The notes beneath the pieces are model-generated. The model saw only the letters and a program-made list of their open reading frames with translations. It made no database searches and was not told the origin of the DNA. A stretch of 64,000 nucleotides of DNA from NCBI GenBank assembly GCA_030264375.1, contig JASCQW010000162.1, forward strand, positions 95,940,558 through 96,004,557, read 5' to 3'. The translations under genes were made by a program, and so were the position numbers. Shown piece after piece: positions 1 to 12,900 of this stretch. Each line of letters opens with the position of its first letter. Within the stretch, counting starts at the first letter, position 1. This DNA is from Carcharhinus longimanus. Its lineage: Eukaryota.

Positions 1-1004
1 GATTATCTTGGAACACCAGTTCAACCATTGGTGGCCTTTTAGACATGGTAATAATATTTTGGATCATTATAGTAGAACTAGAAATGGAAGAAACATTGCT
101 CTGAGAAACGTATTGTGCAAAAGATGTGGGCAAATGCAATCAAGCTATCATAATTCACACTGAAAATGAAACTGCAATATAAGTCTTCTAAATTGTGCTT
201 TGTTTGTGGAAGAAACATAATCTTATATTTTACATTGTGCAAGCACTAATTATGATATCCTGCTTAGTATTCCTTCAATGTATTGTCAAAAACAGGACAT
301 AACTAAAAATACAGGAACAAATGTGTACCATGGCTCAGGCCTATTAATTTGCTGTATTCATGTGCACCTCCGCAAGTCAAAGCACAAACGCTGGAATTTA
401 TAACCTGAACTGTCCTGACCTGTTTCCTGAATCTGTTGTTTAACGGTGAATTATAATTGCATGGCTATGAAACAACCAACATCATTTATTACCTAGTAAC
501 CAATTTAAATGCTTTCAAGCCAGTCAGTCCCAGGCCACATGGTAATTCTGTCAATCCTACTAAATTGAGTCTAGAATGGAGGTATGTTAAAGTAACTTGA
601 ATAAATTAGCATGGCAGAAGCAGCAGAATGCACAAACATGTGAATGTCAGGAACTGGCATTCAGTAAACTAGCACAGGCATGAAAAGGAATTGTAATACT
701 GGAAATTTTAGTTCCACGTGCAGTATTTTAGTAAGTTTAAACATACAGACAGATCCAACAAAGTGTTGCGCAAATTAAGTCACATGATGCTTTGTTTTAG
801 AATGATTGTGGCACAATATCATGTTAGTGTCAAGAATAAGACCAATTTAAAGCGCTCAATCTCATTCCTGCATGTTGTTACAGAAGTAAAAAAAATGAAA
901 TTTAAAATGTTATTTGTACTTTTCCTTTCAGTTTCTTTTTTCTCTCTTAATTCAATATTTTCTTCCATTTCTTTGCAGCTCCTTCTTTATTTCAATTGAC
1001 CTTT

Positions 1005-2300
1005 ATTCATTCTTTCACAGGATGAGAGCATCACTGGTTAGGCTGTAATGAGGTCATGGGCTGAGTGGGTTTGACGGAAGTGAAAGAGAACGTCAGTGAA
1101 CAGATTATTGCTGAGTTAATGCCACTTGATAGCACTGTTGATGACCCTTTTCATCCTTTTTCTAATAATCATAGATAACTGATGGGGTGTTAATTGGTTG
1201 GGTTGGATTTTTCCTGCTTTTTTTGTATAGGACATATCTGGGTGATTGTTCACATTGTTTGAGTGATGGCAGTGTTGTAGCTACACTGGAACAGCTTGGC
1301 TAAGAGCGTGGCAAGTTCCGGAGCACAAGGCTTCTGTACTATTACTGGAGTACTGTCAGCACCCATAGCCTTTGCAGTATTCAGTGCCTTCTGTCATTTC
1401 CTGATTTCGCATGGTATGGATGGAATTGGCTGAAGACTGGCATCCATAACGTTGGAGACACCCAGAGGAGGCTGAGGTGGATCATCCACTCAGCACTCCT
1501 GGCTTATGATCATTGCAAATGTTTCAGAATTGCCTTTTGCACTGATGTGCTCTTTTCATTTGAGGATGGGAAATTTGTGCAGCCTTCTCCTCCAGTTAGC
1601 TGTTTAATTGTTCACCACCATTCACGATGGCAGAGCTTAAACTTGCTGATGCATTGATTGTGGGATAGCTTAGCTTTTCTATCACTTTTGATAGATAGTG
1701 ATCAAAAATCACTATCTATTTGTCAAGATATAGTTTGTTTGTCAAGCAAGTAGTCCTGTATTATGGCTTCGCCAGGTTGATTCCTCATTTTTAGCTATTC
1801 CTGGTCAGTTCCTGGCATGCCTTCCTGCACACTTCATTCAAAGAGGGTTTGTGAGTTGTTGAAATGCATCTTGTAATTAGTATGCGCTGCTACCATTGTG
1901 CATAGGTGATAGAGAGAGTGAATGTCGAAGGTGATGGAACGGGTGTAAATCAAATGGGCTGCTTTGTTCTGGATGCTTTTAAGTTCCTCCAGCGTTGTTG
2001 GAGCTTCACTCATCCAAGCAAATGGAAAGTATTTCATTATACTCCTGACTTAGGGTGGACAATCTTTACCGAGTCAGGAGGTGAGTTAGTCACTACAGAA
2101 TTCCCAGTCTTCAACCCGATCTTGTCGCCATAGTACTTATACAGCTAGTCCAGTTCAGGTTCTGATCAATGGTAACCCCCTGGGGGGTTTCAGTAACAGT
2201 AATGCCATTGAATGTCTAGCAGAGATGGTTAGATTCTCTCTTGTTGGAGATGGTCTTTGTTGGCACTTTGTGTGGCATAAATGCTACTTATCAGCCCAAA
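1005..2300 (-). mobile_element. Decayed non-LTR retrotransposon (LINE) RT/3' fragments, CR1/Jockey-group shark LINE
   Basis: ORF 1834-2037(-) KYFPFAWMSEAPTTLEELKSIQNKAAHLI...IHSLYH...YKMH resembles the C-terminal region after the RT domain of LINE ORF2. The same family recurs at about 18500, 35300, 36800 and 51050. Confidence 0.8.
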
Positions 2301-3534
2301 AATATATGGTAATTTTGTTTTAAAATTTAGGTCTTTAATATTTGTCAATACTCATAGTAAATCTCAGCCAAATCAGTCGCTGCAAAAAGGGGGCCCACTC
2401 AGCATTTGTTGTAATTCTCCAGCTTCATGGAGGATTTACCCAACCTTGAGTCTCTCTAGTACTTGCACCATTCTCATGGAGATTTACTCCTCACAATAGG
2501 AGATCTCCGCAACTTTGGGTGGCCTGAAAGAGGTCCTATCTATAATATATACTGGACACAGAATTTCCTAATGCTCCCTGAAGATTATGCTCAATACTTC
2601 TGCAGCAATGATGTTACAAACTGCTAATACTTCTGCGAATGTTGGTATTACAATAAAGGGTACATAATACACTGGAAACTTGGTGTTAACCGAGCTCCCT
2701 CTCCATTTCACAGTCAAATCCCATCACAGATTAAACACGACAAATTCTTATGAGACTTTTTACCATGCGGAGGCACAGAGAGCACTTGTGCAAAGTTCTG
2801 GAAAAGATCACTTGACTCGCCACTATGATCAATCCATTAGGTCATCCTAAATAACAAAGCTAAAAGTGGAAGTGGAAAACCAAAAATATATTTTTTAAAT
2901 TTTCCATATACTATACAGAATAGGATGTCCTGTTGCAAGGCTACTTAAGCTCCTATTTCACAATTCACAATGACATTTCAACCTTTTTTGTGTCACAGCC
3001 TTCAAAATGCACCACAGCCTCTGCACTATTCTGAGATTGCTTTCATACCTCTGACACTATTTTTTAAAACATCATTTTGTATATCAGGAGAAGGTGCATT
3101 TCTCTCTTAAAAATGCATTTACTCTTTAAAACTCTTAGCAAATTTCTAGTGGTTAGTTTCATGCATGAAACACCTCACAGTTCCAATATCAATATATGTA
3201 AAGATACAACCAAAGTCAACTACACTGCTGCAAATTACAATGCTGCACCAATTAAACATCAACAGATATAGGGTAAAATTACAAATTAAGGATGTGCAAA
3301 CAGCAAGCATATGAATATGCTACTTAATCACTTATTAATGAAACATTGCTGACTTCATCTAGTACTCACTCTCCAACAGGACAAGATATACTTTCAAAGG
3401 AAGAGGGCTCCATAAAGTATCTTTGAGATTCATATGCTAAATGCCCTGCAAGGATGCCCAGACCTAAAAGACCTCCTCCTACTCCTTCCCCTCCCCACCC
3501 TCACAAGGATGCCCATCTATTATGGAGTTCATCC

Positions 3535-4241
3535 ATTGTTTCAAATGTTGGGAAGTGCTTTCCAAAACTTTTAATGCAGATTTTTAAGCAATTATGTTGT
3601 AAATTCATTAGCCTTGGCTGAGATCAAGGGAAGTAAGGTCCTTAGTGAGTCATAAACAAGTCACAACTCTTCACATCTGTGTTGGTGCCTAATAATGCTG
3701 TTAAGGTAAGAAGAGATTGTTGTAGTAAAGTTGGAGCTGACTTGTTTGGTTATCCATGATTTTGGGAATGATTGACACACAAAGGAGTGATCTCTTCTGA
3801 TATCAGTCATACAGAAACAGAAATGATAATTTCTAACGGCAAATTGCGCGGAGGGTGTGGAGAGTCTGCAGAAGGATCTAGATAGGCTGGGCGAATGGGC
3901 CAGGAACTGGCNNNNNNNNNNNNNNNNNNNNNNNNNNNNNNNNNNNNNNNNNNNNNNNNNNNNNNNNNNNNNNNNGAGATGGATTCATTTGATGCAGTGA
4001 AACTTGAAACCCTTTCAGTGGAAAACTTTTCAACATTCTGGATGCAAATGCTAGCATGATGAATTTGCAGGTATATAATATCACAATCAGATACAAAAAA
4101 AAATCTAATGTGCTACATCATGCATCCTCAATCCAGACTCCACAGTCTGTGATAGTTACCTATTGTTTCAAATGTTGGGAAGTGAATTTAGCTTTCCAAA
4201 CTTTTAATGCAGATTTTCTAGCAATTATGTTGTAAATTCAT
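3535..4241. repeat. Pair of ~75-80 bp direct repeats (3535-3608 and 4162-4241) spanning a gap
   Basis: attgtttcaaatgttgggaagtg...ctttccaaa(a)cttttaatgcagatttt..agcaattatgttgtaaattcat occurs twice, with a small indel and few substitutions. Confidence 0.85.
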
Positions 4242-4699
4242 CATCACAGGAACTGGGTTATGATTCTGGCCAAACCTTTTTTAGTTTGGACCGTTGCAGC
4301 AACCAGAAAGGGAAACCTTTCATCCTAGTAGTCTAGGTTAGAGGTAAGCTCTTGCATATCTTCCAAATGAAAGGTCAATGTCTGAACAATGTGATAAGCT
4401 ACACTACTTGTCTTCCATTCTGAAGTATTTTACATAGATTGACCCTTTTAATAATGTGTAAATACTCTTCACCATCCTAATGTACATGAACTTGCATGGT
4501 GCTAACGGCTTGAGTTTTACTTTGCAGATGTGACCAATGTACATGGTATATGTGATCTGCATTAGAAATAGCGAACTGAAGCATAGAAATTGTGGATGAG
4601 ACAAAGAATTTCTGTTTTTCAGGCGATTTCTTGTAAGGTTAATGAACAAGGTGGTCCCCCATATTACAGGATAATTTCAGTGATTCCATGCTCCAAACA

Positions 4700-4820
4700 T
4701 GAGTGGCACAGGAGCTGGCATTGCTGCCTCACACTGCCAGGAACCGAGGTTCGATTCCAGCCTTAGGTCACTGTGTGGAGTTTACATGTTCTCCCTGTGT
4801 GTGCGTGGCTTTCCTACAGG
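4700..4820 (+). mobile_element. HE1-like V-SINE, 5' part
   Basis: tRNA-like head (gtggcac...gcattgctgcctcacactgccagg, box B ggttcgattcc) followed by gtcactgtgtggagtttacatgttctccc. Confidence 0.75.
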
Positions 4821-4909
4821 TTGATAAGCTAGATTTGAATGGGGTGCGAGTTGGCCAATGAATGCTTCAGTGTTAAGCTCAGTCATCAAACTGCAAGCTG
4901 TTTGAGCTT

Positions 4910-5097
4910 AGAAACAAAGAATCCCTACAGTGCAGAAAGAAGCCATCCGGCCCACTGAGTCTGCACCAACTCTCTGAAAGAGCATCCCCACCCTGGCTCT
5001 CCCCTCCATCCTACCCCCATACCTCCACACATTTACCACGGCTAATCCACCTAACCTTCACTTCTTTGGACTGTGGGAAGAAACTAGAGCACCCAGA
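4910..5097 (-). mobile_element. HE1-like V-SINE, 3' part, reverse orientation
   Basis: atccctacagtgcagaaagaagccatccggccc...ctaatccacctaacc...tttggactgtggg is the reverse complement of the SINE body and tail seen at 12584-12900. Confidence 0.8.
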
Positions 5098-6797
5098 AGA
5101 TGCAGAATAGATTGGATTTTCCTCTTAATTGGTGTATTAGGAGTGGGGATGAACTTCTACCTGTCAGTCTGCACTAAGGTAGTAAGCACTGCTTTCTCCT
5201 CACTGCTTATTCAGGGCAAATTTGACTGAAAAAAAATCAATAAAATTCCTTTGAAAGGGTGCAGTTCAATGTCTGTTTCTGTCCCTCCTCTTTTTCCTTT
5301 GCATCCTCCTTTTACAGGATAGATGGAACATTCCCATGTTCTGCATCATTATCCATTTAAGTTTCAGGGTATCGCAATGTTTTCTGACCAATTATATTAT
5401 TTAGGATCCACCAAGATACAATACTTCCAGAGGCCACCTTGACAGCTTTTTGAAGTGTTAGTGTCAGACCAATAGCTTCTGTGTTCTAGAATTATTTCCA
5501 GGTCGCACATTCAGGCTCCTACAGATATATCCAATCTCCCAAATCAGGATTTAAGTTTGGTACATATCTTGTAGTTTCCTAGTTGATTCACTAATTACTA
5601 TGTTGACTGCATGTCAAATAGCACGGTTGGTATGGTAATTTTCAAGATACTTTTTGTATCCAATATCCATTGGAAAATATAATATTTGGTTAAAACAACT
5701 GTGATTTTATGTGGAATGTTTTTTTCTTGATAAGCGAAACACTCATTCACCAAGGAAAAATTAATAAAAAATGGGGAAGAGACGTTCTTTGACTAGGACA
5801 CATTTCAACTTCAAAAAATGTCTTCAATTAAATCACGTGCCCAATAAAATAGTGCAAATTATTTTCTAAATATTATCCAATGGTGCACAAAGAGGCTGTG
5901 AGAAAATGCTAGACAAAAGATCTTTCATTCAGCAGCGAAGCTTATCTTTTCAGTTTGGTACCACTGAACACCATCTTAGAGCAGTCTCGACACTTAACGT
6001 CACAAAAATGCTAAGCACCAGAAATGCTTGAGATCTTTCAAAGGAGCTTTCATTTCTTGTGCATCAGAAACTCCTAGTCCAGTGAGTGCTAGCATGAAGC
6101 TGGAGGCACTCACGTCAAACTGTGATCTGATAGTGCAAGTGAACAACAAAGATCATACATTCCTCCTCCTCATTGGTGACAGTGTTCTACCACATCTTGA
6201 GCTTCATGCTAGTGATCTTAATAAAACAACTTCCTTACATCAAGTGCTCATTTAATTTTTGTCACAGAAGTTCCAAATCAACTATCACTTCAGGTTTGAG
6301 AAAGTTCAGAGCTAAATAAAAGCAGCTGTTCTTGAATAGGAAGGACTGAGCACACCAGTATATTTTATTTCCAACATAAGCGAGGATTGCCAATCTTTAC
6401 GTTACGAGGTTGAAATTCTAAACATGTGATATTGAAATACTGGGGTGGGGGAGTAGGAAAACTCTGACACAAACATACTTAGATACTTGCTTTTTCAATT
6501 CCCATTTGCAAGAAACCTTTTGCCCACTGTTATGAGTGTGCTTTGAACTGTAATTTTTAATCAAGGTAAAATGGAGTAGCAGAGAGAAACATGTGACTTC
6601 CCACTACTTCTGCCTGGCAATGAGCCTGTGTGACCTGGTTGCCATGGGATCAGGGGCCCAGGACAAGTCCTATTGAAACCTGTCAGTTTTCATACCTGGA
6701 CATAAAGAAAGGAACACTTGGCATTTCTGTGCGTAAATTTACATACTTTCACACTTACTGACTCAGAGATCCTGGAAAGAGACAGAAAAAGGGAGAC

Positions 6798-6925
6798 GGG
6801 CCAGAATTTTAATGCCCCACCCAACACAGGAAATGGAGTGAGCGAGGGGTGGACAATGGGAAGGTCCATTGAACTCGGGCAGGATTTTACGATTTTGGGA
6901 TGAGCTAGGCTGTAAAAATCCCACA
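6798..6925. mobile_element. Short MITE-like element (ggccagaatttt...aaaatcc termini)
   Basis: The terminal motif is shared with elements at about 9603, 15530, 43947 and 54599, and imperfect TIRs are present. Confidence 0.5.
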
Positions 6926-6939
6926 CGGAGAAATTAAAA

Positions 6940-7480
6940 ACAGAAGCTTCTGCAAATTGCAGAGGAAATGATCGGCTGCTGGAAGTTCATTCTCTCGAAG
7001 ATATAGGATTTTTGGAAATTTAATGAAACTGGAAGATTCAAGTATAACCTCAGCATAGCTGGAGGCTCGCCGGCGTGAGCCTTGCTGCAGGAAGTTGGTC
7101 TGAGGATTCTCAGAAGATCCAAGGAAAGACTTTGGACTGACACAAAATGTTACAATTCAGTGAAAGGGGGAAATAGGTGAACCTACTGGAAGCTGGGAGT
7201 AACTTTGAACTGGTTCCCCTGAAGATTACAATTCAGCAGAGAGTGTTGGATAATGTATAAACATGGTCTGAGTTTTTCAGTCATGTCAGGAAGAGAATAG
7301 CTTTCCTGTATTATATCGTGCATTAGTTTCCTACTAAGTAATGGTTAATCAATGCTGATTTCAGTTTGTTTGTTAATAGTAAAAGTCTTAAAATGTGAAA
7401 TTTTATCCTTGGATTCCTTGGGTCGATCACTGGAAATTCAAATCTCTTAAACAGTTATTGGTCTCTACACAGATTGTAAC
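6940..7480. mobile_element. Solo-LTR-like interspersed repeat (opposite orientation to copies at ~32700 and ~39770)
   Basis: The reverse complement gttacaatctgtgtagagaccaataactgtttaagagatttgaatttccag aligns with gttacagtccccatagaaagcaataaccttaaaaaataaattcaaacttccag at 32701. Confidence 0.55.
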
Positions 7481-7499
7481 TCCACACAAATGATTGCTA

Positions 7500-8500
7500 A
7501 TAAAACCATATGGCTTTGGAGGTAATCTATTAAATAGAGAAGGAGTTAGGAGGTAGGAGACAGATTAGGAATGATGAGTATATAATGCAATGACAAGTTG
7601 TGACTTGTGGTGTCTGACAGGGATCTGGACTGTCTCCCCAACTTTTCACTATCTGTATCAATGGCTAAGATAAAAGACTGGGGAACCATATAATCCAAGT
7701 CTGCTGATTGCATTAAGTGAGATGGCACATAGCTTTTTTTAGAAAGGAGCATAAAATTATAAAAAATACATTGACAGATTAAGAGAGTTAGGAAAATTGT
7801 GGTTGGCAGAGTTTAATGTGGAGATGTGAGCTCATCCACTTTGGACTCAAGTAAGATAGATCTGAACATTTCCATGATGGACTGCAGCAGTACAAGAAGG
7901 CAGCTCACCACCATTTTCTTGAGGGCAAGTAGGGATGGGCAATACATGCTGGCCTAGCCAGCAATGTCCACATACCAAGAATGAATAAAAAAGCAAAGAT
8001 CTGTAGAAAGAAAGGGCAATTTACGGGTCTAAATCCAAAAATCCCTAAAAGTTACTGGACAGATGGGCAAATACGAAACATATTGAAAAGGCGGAAGAAA
8101 TGTTTGCCTCATCTCATGGAGGCTGAAATACAAAGTGACAGAAGTCATGTTACAACAGTAAGAGAGTTCAGGCAAGACTCGATTTATAGCACTGTCTTCA
8201 GTTCCGCGCACTGAAACTCAGGAAGCAGATTTTGGCCTTGGGCAGGGTAGAGCACAGATTTACCCAGATGGTACTGGGACTAAAGGGATTACATTGTTAA
8301 GTGCAGGTTGTATGACCAGGCTTGTATTACTTTCAATATAAAAGATCTAATTGAGGTGTTTCAAATGAACAAGGGTTTATTTCCTCTGGCGAGGGAATCA
8401 CAAACAAGGAGACCTTGCCTTAAATTAGAGTTAGGCTGTTCAGGGGTGATGTCAAAAAAAAGCTTCATCACGCAAAGGACAGCGAAAATCTTTTTAATCT
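7500..8500 (+). mobile_element. Decayed CR1 LINE fragments with an inserted LINE 3' tail (~7875-7985)
   Basis: CR1-like motifs (ggcagagtttaatgtggagatgtgag, catccactttgg, gatctaattgaggtgttt, ttatttcctctggc). The tail gcagctcaccaccattttcttgagggcaagtagggatgggcaatacatgctggcc lies inside. Confidence 0.6.
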
Positions 8501-9602
8501 TTTGCAAAAATTGCAATCAGAGAAGCTCGCTGTTTGTATGGGGGCAACGTATTGTAATTAATTTAAAAGGGAGTGGTGCACAACGGCCAGATTGAGCTTG
8601 AGGAAGACAATGGATCCAAACATGCTGAAAGGTTCAAAGCTGGGACTCATTCACATGTAGCTCATCAATCTCTTGTCTAAGCTCACTACCTGGGACAGTG
8701 GACATTGGCAATATTACAGTTGGCAAACAATTATTTTTCATTTCGGATAACTCTCCAGAGAATTCTAGAAAGAACAATATATTTACCCAACAGTGATAAC
8801 TCCCTAATAGGTTAAACAGTGGTGCAAATTAAGTCACCGGCAAAATAGAATTGGCAAACAAATGAATCACATAAGGCAATATAGTACAATATGGCTTGGT
8901 TCTAATTAATGAGACTGAGTGCACATTGATTATTGAACTTGGCAAGCTTTACTCAAAAAAATGGCGTACTCTGCCCCATTCCCATAACATAAGCTAGTTT
9001 ACTGGTGTGACTTAGGGTTGTGGCAATATCAACAACAATCAAACGTAAACTTTATAATTTATTCTGATACAGATTGCTTTTGATAGGTCTCAATAAAATG
9101 ACCTACTGTTTAACTCCAACATCAAGAAATGCCTTCAATGTGGAGGTTTTGGAAATCCAGGAGAGTGGTTAAAATGTCATAAAAGCAATATAGCAAGACA
9201 GCAGCAATTTAACCACCAGTTCTCACTTAGATGAGAAGAATAAAGTGCAAAGCAGCTGTTATCATTTTGGTCTCTTCCATCCTGGCAACTTTCAACATGA
9301 TTTCAATTGACAGCCGCAGCAGCTTCCCTATCCAGGCTTACACTAAAATACAATCAAGATGCTACTGAGATGGATTCTGCTTATGCTAATCACATAGAAT
9401 CAGGTGCCATTCTAACCGACACGGTTTTGTAGGCAAGTAATGGGAACTGGGGTAACCGCCAAATGATTAGTAACTCTCTTTCTCGTTGGACGCAACACAA
9501 ATCTCTTGGCAAATGAGAGGAAATGTGTACCCACCACTGCCCTCATCCTGATGGCCACCTTTGAACTAGGTGCACCAAGCTGTATGTAAACGCAAACACC
9601 TT

Positions 9603-9790
9603 GGCCAGAATTTTCCAGCTGTAGTCACCGGTAGGATCTTCTGGTCCCACCAAACGTGGACCCCCACCACAGGTTTCCTGGCGGCAAGAGTAGATAGAAC
9701 AGGAAACCTTGTTGACAGCTCCCGCTGCTTGCTAATGGTGGGCCGCCTCACTAAAAAAAAAACCACAAGGCCGTGCGGAAAATCCCACTG
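9603..9790. mobile_element. MITE-like element (PIF/Harbinger-like termini)
   Basis: ggccagaattttcc ... ggaaaatccc imperfect TIR; the internal sequence resembles 15530-15720. Confidence 0.55.
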
Positions 9791-12583
9791 CTAAGTTTGC
9801 TGAGATTCTTCGCTGTGAAGGATGGATTTGATCACATGGTCACAGAATGCTCCGTTCAGTTGTATTGTGGCATGCCACCTCTGCCTCATAGAGAAATTCA
9901 TTCAACAAACACTATTGATTACAAGTCCATTAGGCCCTGCAGGAAGAGATGGTGGATCCTGTTGAATGGTTCCCACTGTGTAAAAGGGGTGAAACTCAAA
10001 CGTCCATTCATCAATTTTCTCTGTGTGGGTAAGGTTAAAACCCGCAAAATTGTTGTATTATTTCAATATACCAATTTTTTTCTGATAAGGATCTATACAA
10101 GTATGTGTATTTTATCGTGACTCATTTGCCTTAACCATAATTTTATCAAAACATGCCAGGATTTTTCATTTTCTAACTTGTGTGTGAACCCTCTTGCCAA
10201 TAATTCTATGAATGAAATACCTTCTCAAATCATCACATTTCTATTGCACTTTTCCACTTGATTTTACTTCCCTGTTTGATTCATTTCAATAAGATTAGTT
10301 TTCTCACTTCATTTTTAAGTTAGCCAAATACAGTATCAATTGGCTGGCAAATTGGTTACATTAACAGTTTACTGTAATTTGCCAAAACCAGCATGAAGAG
10401 TAAAGAAAGAATTATGCAGGTTATCTAATTCAGAGTTCATAAACTATTCATTGCCTCAGGGAGCTCTGACCTCTTAAAGCCTCAATTTTTATCAAAACCC
10501 ATGACAAATTAATGTCTGTTTGGATTATCTGAAGTTTAATTTATTCATATTTGGACATGTTGCATGCCTTGGTGAGGCTGTTAAGATTGTTGATCTTCAG
10601 ATGCTCAAAGGTCTAAGCTTTAATGCAGAAAGGTGATGAAGGAATAGTTACCAAAATGAAGAAATTTTAACAAATGTCTTTGTTCAAAATCCAGATTTAG
10701 GTTTTCTTCAATATGTTTAAGTTTAATAGATTTGAAATCAAACACAACTAGGGTATGTGCCACAGCAATCACAGCGTAACAGCTGACAAGTTAAGAATAA
10801 TATTCTCTCTCTATCTGTAACACTGGGAAAGTACTTTGCCACATGTCGGGTAGGTGTTGCTGGAAGGGTTGGGCAGATAAGTTGTTCAAAGGTTTCTGCA
10901 CTTCCTCCCACTCCTCAACTTTGCCTCTGCACATTTCCAATAAAATCTCTCAATACAATCAGCGAATTCCCAATTGAACCTTCTCCATTTTGACCCAAGA
11001 CAAGGTCTCCCACGAGTCAACAGGGATATTTGTCAAACACATTATAAGAACATTTGTTTTTAAAAACTTGCTAAACAAATACTCTTACATGGGGATACCT
11101 GCATTAGTTCAGCGCTCTTTAAGAGGCAAGGTCATTACTCAAAAATTAAAAAAAATTGTCAACCCCACATTTCTAGAGTGAAAATGTCAAGGACATTTCC
11201 ACACCAAGTGCTACTAACAAAAAAGAGTTATGGGGTAACAAGCAAAAGAATTATTTAACAAATGTAGGAAACTCAAGAGTCAAAAAAGTCTCTGCAAAGT
11301 ATAGGCAAACTTGGCAAATCAATTCAACTGAGAAAATTGCTTTTGGATTAGAGACCAAAAAAACCAATTGGTTTTGATAATTTGTTTTCCATTTAGGAAT
11401 TATATACATGTTCCTTGATTTGCACAAGAATTTTTTCCCAGGGCATAGCCCATTAATCCGAATGAAACTTCAAAGCTAAACTAGCCCTTTGTAACTTCTT
11501 CACTTGAACTAGTCTCATGAACACATCCTAATACTCTGAAAAGTTCTCAAAACAGTGCAAATTTCCTCCACCTTAAAGTATGAGTTGACAATTGATTGGA
11601 ACCGATACGGTTTCTGGTTCACTTTTGAAGGTCTTATCTTTTTAAATGCTTCCTTTTAAATGCATATCTTCATGTTATTGCTGTTACAATCTCCTTACAG
11701 ACTGATAACTTTTAAAAAGAGATGTGAACATCTGGTTACTAGCTGCAAGAATAACAGGAATTCAAATTTTAAAATTTTTATTCTAACAAATGAATCAAAC
11801 AAATACTATTGGCTAAATACTATTTTCTTTTTGTGGGCAATTAATTCTTTAAACTACAGCAAGGAACATTCCTCTTTTATAATTAACACATTGCATTTAC
11901 CATGGAAGTTTCTCCCAGCATCCTCTGGGTTGCCACATTCCCATTTTGCCAAGTAGTAGCTTCAAGTGACCAACTGCAGACACTTCCCTCAGTTTCCAGA
12001 GAGTGTTTCTTAGAACCAGCAATAAAGTCTATTCTGAAGATTTTCCTTCCTCAGGCTACTCCAGAAGATTTGTCTGGATCCTTAAAAGGCTGCAGGATAA
12101 GTCTCCTGGACTAGAGACTGCAGCTGGCTCTGCTAGCTCGCAAAGCTTAAATAGTTTCTTCTCTATGTTGACAACACAGAATAGTTGCCAGTCTGTGATA
12201 TTCACAGATTTGTAGAGAAGCCTGTAACCTGATCTTAAAAATAGCTTTCACTGCCCTCTTCCCCATGGTATACGTGGGAAATACATTAACCTTGCTTTCA
12301 GGTAAAAATTCCACTGAACTACTCTTGTCCTCAACTCTCTTTCATCTGGAAAGTAAATGGATTGTTTAAACAATTGTTTACAAACACCAACACCAGTTTT
12401 ATGGACCTTGGAAGATGCACAGTCTATCCATTGTGAACTCAAAGATTGCTGCTATTGTCTCCAAGCTCAAAAAGCTTTGCATCTTCTTTCCCAGTAAAAC
12501 AATCCAAGGCTTCCTGTAATCTCTAACAATCAATCTACCCAAACTTACCAACAGACAGGCTTTAGAGCAAATCACATGACCAT

Positions 12584-12900
12584 GGGGTGGCATGGTGGCA
12601 GTGGCTAGCACTGCTGCCTCACAGTGCCAGGGACCCAGGTTCAATTCCTGGCTTTGGTCACTGTCCATGTGGAGTTTGCACATTCTCCCTGTGTCTGCAT
12701 GGGTTCCCTCTGGATGCTCCAGTTTCCTCCAAAAGTCCAAAGATGTGGGGGCTAGGTTGACTGGTCACACTAAATTGACCCTAGTTTTAGGGAGATTAGC
12801 AGGGTAAATATGTGGGGTTACAGGGGTAGGGTGGGAATGTTGTTGGTACAGTCGACGGGCCAGATGGTCTCCTTCTGTACTGTAGGATTCTATGATTCTA
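12584..12900 (+). mobile_element. Full-length HE1-like V-SINE
   Basis: tRNA-derived head with A box (tggcagtgg) and B box (ggttcaattcc), core gtggagtttgcacattctccctgtgtctgc, and a CR1-like tail ending ggattctatgattcta. Confidence 0.9.

Noticed and set aside
6690-6926. ORF ending at a phase-0 CAG|GTATGA as a possible exon 1M
   Set aside because: No similarity to MLEMLEYNHYQ, and its start codons lie within a MITE.
779-12580. Scattered M-box/E-box motifs (TCACATGA at ~780 and ~12572) suggesting MITF autoregulation
   Set aside because: The frequency is compatible with chance in 64 kb, and there is no clustering or conservation evidence.
12584-12660. tRNA-like sequences with A/B boxes (also at 49478, 14778 and 58062)
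   Set aside because: These are SINE heads continuing into SINE body and tail, not tRNA genes.
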